Below, one piece after another: positions 48,131-57,292 of a DNA stretch of 57,292 nucleotides. Position 1 is the stretch's first letter. Every line of letters starts with the position of its first letter. Where the stretch lies: assembly GCA_009602725.1 (NCBI GenBank), contig WELB01000014.1, positions 848,756 to 906,047 on the forward strand, in the 5' to 3' direction. The DNA comes from Spirogloea muscicola (taxonomy: Eukaryota). The notes under the pieces were generated by a model. The model saw only the letters and a program-made list of their open reading frames with translations, was not told the origin of the DNA and searched no databases. Made by a program: the position numbers and the translations under genes.

Positions 48131-50324
48131 GCTGCGGCGGCGCGGCTCCGTGGCCGTGCTCGTGCTCCTCGCCGTCCTGGCCTGGCTCGGACGGGACGCG
48201 CTCGTGGTGCAGCGCCTCGAGCGCGAGCTCCACGGAGCCGCCGCCTCCGACGCCGCCGACGCCGCCGCCACCGCGCCCTCGCCGTGGCCGAGAGAGCCGG
48301 CCGCCGTCGCCTCCGCCCCCAACGTCGTCGGGGAAGGGCCTGCCGGCACGGCCGCGTCAGCCCGCCAGAACTCGGACGCCTCAGCTGCAGCAGCTGGCCG
48401 AGTGATCCCAAGTCACGCGGCGGGCCGACGAAGGCCGCAGGTGCGTCCGAGCTCGCTGCATTGCGCCGTGGCCGCCATAGTGGCTTGCCACTCAGCCAGC
48501 GGCGCTCTTGCAGTGTACGAGCTCCTTCATGCACTGGCCTTATGCTGGAGGTGCTCGCAAACAGGCAACGGCGGGCGCTGGTGGCAGAGGCGAGGACTCG
48601 TGCGCCGGGCGGCGCGTGTACATGTACGACCTCCCTCCGCGCTTCAACACCGACCTCCTCGCCGGCTGCGCCGACATCTTCCCCTGGACCAGGTACGGAA
48701 CGCCGCATGGGGGCGGGGCATAGTCTGAGAGCCCCGCTTACGACCATGGCCAGCAGTGAGAGCGAGCCACGACTGAGGTGACCGCGATGCGCACTGCTGC
48801 AGCGCCTGCGAGCACTTCGAGAATGAGGGGCTGGGCGCCGTCACTGCGCTGGACTCTGAGGTACACTCAGCTGGGCCGCGAATACGACACCTCTGGCCGC
48901 AATGTTGCATGGACAGCAGCAGGTGCGCGCCTGGACGACTCATCCTAGCCATGTGGCTGCGCTGGTGGCCCACTCCAAGCAGGTTTTGGTTCCACGAGGG
49001 ACGTGGTACAAAACGCACCAGTACTCGCTCGACATCATCTTCCATGCAATCATGCGCCGGCATGCCTGCCTCACCACTAATGCCGGTGAGGGCTCATAAG
49101 CGGATGCCCAAGAGCAACACGACGGGGCAAAGTCCACGGGTTCAACGCAGCTAGCCTGGCAGCGCGCCGTGATTGCCTCTCTGAACTGCGACCTGCGTTG
49201 GCAGGCGCAGCGGACGCTTTCTACGTGCCCTTCTACGCCGGCTGGGACGTCCTGCGCTGGAACCTCCGCCAATCGCCTGCGGCCGCCAAGGATGCGCTCG
49301 GTCAGGAGCTGCTGGCGTGGCTGGCCGACCAGCCGCCGTTTTCTCGCCGCGGCGGCGCCGATCATTTTGTGGTGCTCGGTAAAATCGCAGACGACTTCCG
49401 GCGGCAGCCTGACATGCCCGATGGGACGTGGGGCTCCAATCTGCTGTTTGCGGCAGCCATGGCGCCAGTCGCACGCCTCACGCTCGAGGCCTGGCCAGAT
49501 GAGCAGGGCGACCACTCTGTGCCGCATCCTGTGAACTTCCACCCAGCTTCCGAGCGCGACCTTCGGCTGTGGCAGCGACGCGTCCTCTCTGTATGCACCA
49601 GCTGCCTTCGAAGCCCCTCTACCTCTGATGCCCACCCACCCTCAATCACTCTTGCTCAGTCTATCCTAACTCTCTGTTAGAGACTGACTTCTGTTGCCAC
49701 GATCGCTGACTGCAGGCACAGCGGACGACCCTGGTCAGCTTCGCAGGCCTGCCGAGGCCAGAGGATGCGACCAGCATCCGGAGCATACTCATGGAGCAGT
49801 GCAGTGCGGCGGGGGCCCCGGCGTGCATGATGCTCCAGTGCCACGGCACTGCATGCTTGGGGCCTGAGGCGACAGTCGGCGACCTCTTCCTGCACTCCTC
49901 CTTCTGCTTACAGCCGCGCGGCGACAGCCCCACACGGCGCTCCGTTTTCGACGCTCTCCTTGCGGGATGCATCCCAGTGCTCTTCCACCCCCGTACTGCG
50001 TACGACCACCGCTGGCACCTCCCTGCTGACAACGCCACATGGAGCATCTTCTTCCCAGAATGGGTCGTCGCAGACCATGCCGTCAACATCGTTACCTCGC
50101 TCGCAGCTGTACCAGAAAAACGAGTGCATGCCATGCGGCGCGCCATTGTGCTGGACATCCTCCCAGGCCTGCTCTACTTCAAGCCTGGCGCCCGTCACCC
50201 ATCTGTGCGAGACGCCTTCGACATTTCACTCGACCACCTTCTGGAAGAAATACACGCTCAAGCTCTCCACCTGACCACTGCCGCCGCCAACAGCAAAGAA
50301 CGTCAGGGGCCACGTCGGAGTTGA
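48007..50324 (+). CDS. GT47 (exostosin family) glycosyltransferase, MUR3/KATAMARI1 xyloglucan galactosyltransferase-like
   Basis: Type-II TM (VAVLVLLAVLAWLG), CAGRRVYMYDLPPRFN, WYKTHQYSLDIIFH, FYVPFYAG, GGADHFVVLGKI..DFRR..WGSNLL, and SSFCLQPRGDSPTRRSVFDALLAGCIPVLF. The 5' end is disturbed by an N and a poly-A run. Confidence 0.88.
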
Positions 50325-50761
50325 CCTCTCCCTTGCAGTCAAGCTTACTTAGAAGTCCGCATTTAGCAAAGATAGCCACTATTGTCCTCTTTAAGTGGTG
50401 CCTTCTCATGACTTTATTGACACTTGATGCTGACACCAGGATGCTTTGCAAACCAGCACCTTGGACTTGTACACATAAGCCTTAAAGCCTTTCTGTATAC
50501 AACCGGCCCCTCCAGAAGCAGCCGGATTGTTCCAGCTTTTACCGCTTGTCATGAGCTTGACAGTCTGTGAATTCTGTTCTGCCGCAATCTGCGCTAATAC
50601 TGTTGCTGCACCCAGGTAAGGGCGGCCCAGCCAGGGTAAGCTCCGCCGAGGGATATGCTGGAGGGAGCCAATGAGATGGCCTTGGCTATGTGATAAATTG
50701 AAAGTTGCAGAGGACTGTCCTTCGAGGCACAGTAACTGGGCAAGTGGTTGGCTAATAAGTA

Positions 50762-52005
50762 CTACTGAGGCGCATACGAAGCGAGGCCGGTGACGCGGCG
50801 TAGGTCGAGGATGTTGCGGAAGCCCCAACCAGTGGCACCCTTGGGCACCTCTGGCCGGAAGCCCTCATACAGCTTGTACGCCACTTCACCGATCTCTGTA
50901 GGCGGCCAAGCTGCTGCCAGCTCCTCCATAGCCGCTGCAAGCGCAACTCCACCAAGGCTCAGCCCGTCAATGGACGGGTGTTATTATCACTGGTATCACT
51001 TCTAGTGTTTACAGCTGAGGGGCAACACGGTCTAGGGATTGGGCCAGCGGCTGTTAGTGGTGGCAACGGTGGTCATGACGTCCGACCTTGGCAGATGAGG
51101 AGGTCAGACTTGAAGGAGCTTTGAAGATAAGCATCGACGTCAGCAGGCGCAATAGGGCGGCCATTGGTCTGCAGCGCCCGCAGGCCGTCCTTGGTGCAGG
51201 CCGCTGGCAGGAGCAGCCCAAAGACCGGGACTTGCTCCATCGGCTGCCATCCCGAGCAGCCAGGGCCGACGCTGCCGGCTGCGCCAAGGCCGAGCCGTGC
51301 GGCCTTGGACTGCGCACAGTTGCTGGCGACGGCGCGCCCGAAGGTGAGAGCCTCGTGCCAGGCATAGCCCTCGGCTGCGGCTACGATGGAGACCCACAGA
51401 GTCAGCACCGGCATGCGGTTGATCACGACCTCTCTGGACAGGTCACTGGGCTGCAGCTTCAGACGCCGCGGCGCGATCGCCGCTGGCAGGCCCTCCTCGA
51501 CCTTGGTCTTGGCCGGCGTCAGGGCTGGCCTGCCAGGCGGCGGGCCCGCTGTGCTAGCTTGCTGGGAGCGCTCCCGCAGCTCGTCCTGCGCGATGACCTC
51601 GTCCCAGAAGGCTGGGTCGTCGAAGAGGCTGTCTTCGTCATCGGCCAAGGCGCTGGACACGCCAGCTTCGGCCTTGACCGCAGCAGTGCTCGAGCTCTCG
51701 ACCTCAGAGGAGCTCTTATCGGTCTTATCACCCTCCTCCTGCTTGACGCTGCGAGCCTGACCTGGCGCAGCTCTGGCCACCTTCTGCGGCGGCGTCGGCG
51801 GCGTCAAGTGCGCCGCCGCAGCTTCAGCCCCTGCTTCCGCGCCACCGCCGGCGCCGCCGAGGTCCCCACAAGGCCGCCCGCTGCTGTCCCTGGCTGCATT
51901 TACGTCGGGCTTGACTGGGCGCCCGCACTGGGCGCCGTCACGGTGGCCAGCAACGTCGGGGGCAGAGCCAGGCAACGGCCGCTTCTGCAGGCCCTCGCGG
52001 CCCAT
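50762..52005 (-). CDS. Uncharacterised protein: low-complexity N-terminus plus conserved C-terminal domain (INRxPVLTLW…YExFRP…GWG)
   Basis: ORF 51073-52005 splices via a phase-1 GT-AG intron to a last exon AAMEELAAAW..AYKLYEGFRPEVPKGATGWGFRNILDL..*, with the stop at 50762-50764. Confidence 0.7.
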
Positions 52006-52112
52006 CGCCCTCGCTAAGCGGGCATTACGGACTCTCCACCTCCTGGCAGCCTGCTGCCGTCATAGCGAAGGCTGCTGGTCCCATGACCGGAAGCCATTCC
52101 ATGGCGCCGTGA

Positions 52113-52165
<53 letters not shown>

Positions 52166-52495
52166 NNNNNNNNNNNNNNNNNNNNNNNNNNNNNNNNNNN
52201 NNNNNNNNNNNNNNNNNNNNNNNNNNNNNNNNNNNNNNNNNNNNNNNNNNNNNNNNNNNNNNNNNNNNNNNNNNNNNNNNNNNNNNNNNNNNNNNNNNNN
52301 NNNNNNNNNNNNNNNNNNNNNNNNNNNNNNNNNNNNNNNNNNNNNNNNNNNNNNNNNNNNNNNNNNNNNNNNNNNNNNNNNNNNNNNNNNNNNNNNNNNN
52401 NNNNNNNNNNNNNNNNNNNNNNNNNNNNNNNNNNNNNNNNNNNNNNNNNNNNNNNNNNNNNNNNNNNNNNNNNNNNNNNNNNNNNNNNNNNNNNN
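52166..52495. other. Assembly gap (N run) after a (GGC)n tract
   Basis: Run of N. Confidence 1.
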
Positions 52496-53758
52496 CCCCA
52501 CTGCACGCTGCGGCCTGCCGGCTGGGCCGGTGCAGGGCCCGGCGACGCCTCCGCTGCCGAGGCGCCGCGGAGCGGCTGCGCGAGCGGGCCACGGCGTGGC
52601 GGGAGTGGAGCCCGACCTGGAGGAGGACCCTCGCGACGTCTGGGCGACGGTCGGCGAGGAGCTCGAGAAGGTACGGGGCTTCTGCTGGGGGCCCTGGCGC
52701 CTGCTGCCGCTGGCCGTGGCAGCAGGGCTTTCCTAAACCCCAAGCCCTGAGGTTACTGCAACACGGGACCCTCCATGCCCGCCGCTTCGAGCTCCGAATG
52801 CCCACCTGGCTGCGAGCTGCTGGGGCGATCGCAACAGATTTGCGCTCGTTGCCGCCGAGCTCCTCGCACGAGGGTCGGCGCCAGACGACTGCGGCCTCTC
52901 TCTCTCGTTGTGCAACGGCTCCTCGAGGCCGACACAAATGTGCGTCTGACTCCGCTCCTTGCCGTCGCAGGACGGCACCTTCCCCTATGGCAAGGGCGAC
53001 GGTGCTCACAGCTGGCACAAGGGCGACGATGGTGGGGCTCTTTGCTGCCCCACTGCTCCAGTGGATTGGTTGTCATGGCTACTTCAACCTGACAGCTCGG
53101 TGCTGAGATTCCCCGTCTCCCCCCACCCCGCCTGCTGTGCGGGCTCTCAGGGACATTCTGGGAGAACCTCCAGACCTCGCTGAAGGAAGCCGGCGGCCCA
53201 AGAGGAGCTCAAGGTAGCCACACCTCGTTGCCCGTGCACTCATGGCGCACCTGCTGTGCTTCGCCAAGCTGCGGAACTCTTACCTCACTGTCCAGCGTTT
53301 GCTGAGGTGGTGGAGCAGTGATGATATGAGTTGTCAGGACGTAGCAATGCACCTTGTCTGAGGACCTTGTATCGAGCACAGGAACTTACACATGGCCGCT
53401 ACTCGTCCGATTTGCAGGAGCTATATCGTGGCTCTTCCTCCCCGGTCTCTTCACAGGCTTTGCCTTTGGCATTGAGGTAGCCCTCCCTGCTAACCTCCTC
53501 TCCTCAAGGGCGCTGTTGCTGTTTTTCATCTTTGCAATCTGAACATGCACTTCGTCAGGCCTTGGGACCCCTCAGTGCTGGCCTTCGTGGGCCTACTTGC
53601 AAGATGTATCTATCTGATTTCATTTGTTGCACTGATGCCAGCCTCTGTACTTACTGGGATACACGGCGCTCTTCATCTTTGCGTTTACTGGAATGGAGAT
53701 GGCCAAGCCAACCCCCTACACGGCCTATGAGCCCGTCATGGGTCGTGGGAAGAAGTAG
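52496..53758 (+). CDS. PNSB5: Chloroplast NDH subcomplex B subunit PnsB5 (NDH18)-like; start in gap
   Basis: Five small GT-AG exons give VEPDLEEDPRDVW..|DGTFPYGKGDGAHSWHKGD|GTFWENL..GAQ|GAISWLFLPGLFTG..|PLYLLGYTALFIFAFTGMEMAKP..YEP..*. This parallels the recalled plant PnsB5 motifs (IEPDINEDP, DGAHT, GTFW, FLPA, EMDKP). Confidence 0.8.
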
Positions 53759-53889
53759 CACATCGCTATTCTCATTGCGCCCTCGCTAGTGGGCAAGTAA
53801 ACTCTTGGACCAAATCCCTTGTTCACCAATCCCGTGAATAATTTAAGGGCTCTTTAAGCAGTCCACATTCATGCACGAAAGAGAAGTAG

Positions 53890-54080
53890 CATGATGCGCA
53901 TGAAGTGAAAGGGAGGCCAAAAGAAGCCAATGCACTGCTCAGGCAAAAGCTAGAGCAGGACAGGGGCTACTTAAAAGGGAAGCCCTATGCTGAAGGGGAC
54001 CAAGCCAAATGTGCGACTAAGCCGGCTTAAAGAGGACTTAGTATCCCTCAAGTGAGCACATCCAACTTCAACAGGCTAAT
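53890..54080 (-). mobile_element. Degenerate CRE-like 3'-end remnant
   Basis: Homologous by eye to 755-930 and 13165-13330 (AAAGGGAGGCCA..CAGGCAAAAGCT..GAAGCCCTATGCT..AGTAYCC..GTGAGC). Confidence 0.6.
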
Positions 54081-54968
54081 GTGCAGTACCCTATGGAAGC
54101 CACTGGCCTGGCTTAGAGCACGACCCAGCCCACTAATTGGTAGCTGATGCTTGGGAGCACTGCAAAAGTACTGAAAGTTGCATCCTGTGACATGCAACTA
54201 ATGCTTGTGGGTTGCTAGTGTGCCGCAAGCCGGGGCCCCTGACTGCGATGATGCGCGTCAACCAGCTGTTGGAGGAGAGAGGACCATGTCTCGCTGCAGC
54301 TGCCGTAAATGTCCACAGTGCACAGTAGGACTGGTCTCCTATGGGGTGTACAAATAGCAGCTCACATGCATAGATTTTGGGTGATTGAGATTGAACAGGT
54401 ACACGCCCACCTCTTGATTGCTCTCTCAACCAACTTGGCTCAATAAGAATGTAGTAATCAATTAATGTTCTATGTGATAGTGCACACAGGTAGCTGATTA
54501 GAGCAGCTCTGTGTGCAAGCTCCATCTGCTACATGATGCGTGCTATGAGACAAGGTCAATGGAAAATCTTGCCCGAGCCCACTTGCGTGAGCCTTCTACA
54601 GGCTAGGGCATCTCAGCAGACCCTCTCCAGCACAGCAAATGAACTGCAGCAGTCGTGCTGACTGTCTGCACCAGATAGCCGCCGTCTCATTGGCAGAGGT
54701 TGACAAACACGTTCCGTTGGCAGGTACCAACGTCTACTTTTACATGAGAGCACCGTGACTGATCTTGGCTTGTGCTTGTCGCTGCGCGCGAGCACACAAG
54801 CCCAGCCTCAAGTCCATAATGACGCAACACATGCTGGGCCAAGGTAGAGCGAGTGACTAAGTTGGTCAGTCGCAGGCTCTAGCAAGGCCCAGCCTTGAGG
54901 ACTCTTAACATCAATGAAGAAAGGCAACCCGCTGCGCCTCGTGCGAGTACTGGTGGCTTGAGCAGCCA

Positions 54969-57292
54969 TCAGAGTGCAACTGGACTCTGGATTGTGATGT
55001 TTTGGTACTGCATGTAGTACGCCGGCAACGACCAGGTGTTGATGCCAGCCCAGCAGCCACCGCAGATGCTAGAGGCATCCCAGACGGAGGCATACAGGAA
55101 AGACGGCTTGACCGGAAAAGGCTGGCCAACTATATTTGGGGCCACACGCACAATGACGCCGTCGATGTACCATCTGTTGTCCACGCAGCACATTGTGCAT
55201 TTCCTGTCAGGTGATGCTATCTGCAGAGGCCAAGTATTGAGGCACTAATTTCTGAGAGAGGTGAAGAGTTGGGAAATACTTACACAATGCGATATGTGTC
55301 CCATAGAATAGTGTATTCATGGAAGGCCGCGGAGCAGTCAAACCCGAGGTGGATAAGAACCTCCCGGCCCCCAACACCGTTGACGTAATAATTGGTCTGT
55401 ACAACAGTCTTGTCCTTGCCAAGCCACTCAAAGTCGATCTCGTCCTGATTGCCAGAGCCTTCAAGGGATGATAGCTGGCCAAGGACGGCGAGGGCAGAAG
55501 CTCAGTCAGTTCTGAAGGACCCATTAACATGTGATATCGCAACAGCTAGCGGGTGCAGTAGCCAAGCAGATATTCTGGGGGCCTATGACCAAGAAATTTT
55601 AGCAAGAAGAGCTTACATAGAAACTGGGAACGAGACCGCTAAAGTCGCCATCGGGGCACTTTATATTTGCACGGAATGCGCCGCTGGGGTACTGGACAGT
55701 GGAGCGGAATCGGGAGCCTGCGAAGCAAAGGAGTCGATAAGCACTTGCAGAAGTGCCCCAAATGTTTGTAGCACCTTGTAAAGTCAGCGCAGTTGACGAG
55801 CTTACCACAGTTGTGGTCGAAGGTGATAACCACGTTGTTGTCGACAATGCTGGCGTGGTCAGCACAGTAGTCCATAGTGAGGGGAACTAGGGGAATGCCC
55901 TGCAGGGGCTCAGAGGGGGTGTCCGGCACTGGAGGAAGTGGAGGGGGCGGCGGGCTCGGCACTGTGCCCGGGCCCACTGGCGTCTGCACTGTCAGGAATG
56001 TGTATGTTGCGACGAAGGGATTCCCAACACCTGAGAGAAGTGTCATAGTCAGTAAAACCTGCCCTCATCTATCACTGCTGGCGAGTACCCAGAAGAACAG
56101 CAGGAAGAGGCAGGAGGCAGCTGCCACTTTGTAGAGCAGCTGCCATGACAGAGCTGACGCAGAGGTGATGCACAGATACATATCAGGGGGTTTGGAGGAG
56201 TCGTGAAAATAGGTGGCAGTGTCTGACCAGTGTAAGTGCCAGCTGGGAGGGTGGACGTGGAGGCATCCCAGATGGAGCCAAATAGGTACATTGGCTTGCT
56301 CGGAAACATGCCCGTTCCTGGGTTTGGCACGTTGCGGACAAGGACCTCGTCGATGTACCATCTGCAGGGGCGCAATTGCATGTCTCAAAGGTTGGTGGCA
56401 GCTTGCCGGCTTGGGAAACGAAGCTCCATAAGCCTAAGGACAAAGTCAAAGTCACTGTAAATGTCAGAGGGGCAATGCCAGTGTCCTCACGCAATGCGGG
56501 TGGTGTCCCAGAAAATTGTGTACAAGTGGGGAGCCGCGCTGCAGTCAAATGGCAGCTGTATACTGAGCAGCGAGCCGACGCCATTGGAGTACCACGATGT
56601 GAGCACCGACGTTTTGGAGTTGCCAAGGAAGTCAAAGTTGATCCCGTCGTGGTCTGCTGTAGGACCACCATTCGAATCTAGCTGCAGGAAACAAACCAGT
56701 GTACATTATGTTGATGCAGGCTGATATATGTTTGGAGAGCAGTCAGGCCTTCTTGAATGAGGACAGTCTAAGCTTGGAGCTCCTTACTCACATAAAATGT
56801 CGTGTCAAGGCCGGTCGTGTCTCCTGCTGCACACTGCAAGACTGTCTGAAATACACCAGAGGTGTATAAACTCGATGACATCCACCTTGAGCCTGCTAGT
56901 CCAGTGAATTGCAAAGGCTTATATCATAGACCTCAGCAAATGGTTGTCCAGTAATAAGCTTGGGCCAACACAGAATCTGACAAGCAAGAGAATGAATGAC
57001 TAAGGGAAAAGAAGGGCAGCAGCAAGTGCATTACTCTGGCCGAATACTTGGGTACTCAACAAGCAGAACCTACCGCCCTGAATGTCGTATGTGATTGTCA
57101 CGTTGTTGCCGATAATCTGACAGTGGCTTGCGCTGTACGCAGGCGTGATCTGAGTGAGAGGCCCCCCAGAGTCAAAGATGCTCGCAGTAGTCGGCGGGGC
57201 AGGCGGCGGGGGCGGGGCCAGTGGCGGTGCAGGCGAGGGGGGAGGTGTGGGCGGCGATGGTGGCGGCGGGGCCTGGGGAGGGGGGGGGGGAG
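54969..57292 (-). CDS. Multidomain EG16-type GH16 endoglucanase with Pro-rich linkers (5' end beyond window)
   Basis: C-terminal domain: DYCADH..ITFDHNCG|SRFRS..IKCPDGDFSGL..|LSSLEGSGNQDEIDFEWLGKDKTVVQTNYY..LGFDCSAAFHEYTILW|WYIDG..FPVKPSFLYASVWDAS. A second homologous domain at 56000-57170 has matching intron positions. Poly-Pro linkers lie at 55920-55975 and 57190-57292. Confidence 0.88.

Overview
GC-rich, intron-containing eukaryotic DNA. The gene content suggests a streptophyte green alga or early-diverging plant (inference). Host genes in order: plastidic glucose transporter (-), two divergent malectin-like transmembrane proteins without a kinase domain (-/+), a HEXIM-motif protein (-), SAC9 phosphoinositide phosphatase (-), an RLCK-VII/PBL-type kinase with two GC-AG introns (+), plastid LPAAT (-), an ATL RING-H2 ligase (-), a MUR3-like GT47 (+), an uncharacterised conserved-domain protein (-), NDH subunit PnsB5 (+), and a multidomain EG16-type GH16 that runs off the window end (-). 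Several intergenic regions are filled with fragments of CRE-like (restriction-like endonuclease) non-LTR retrotransposons. Their ORFs end in ...L(S/T)RGY* and their 3' ends carry a GGCTG..CAGCC stem-loop unit of about 50 nt. This unit occurs over 20 times, forms head-to-tail arrays, and in one place is a solo 51-bp insertion with a 5-bp target-site duplication. A ~2.6-kb palindrome of two gag copies lies between the malectin genes. Three large N gaps and several small ones hide some gene starts. All family assignments come from motif recognition by eye; no searches were run.
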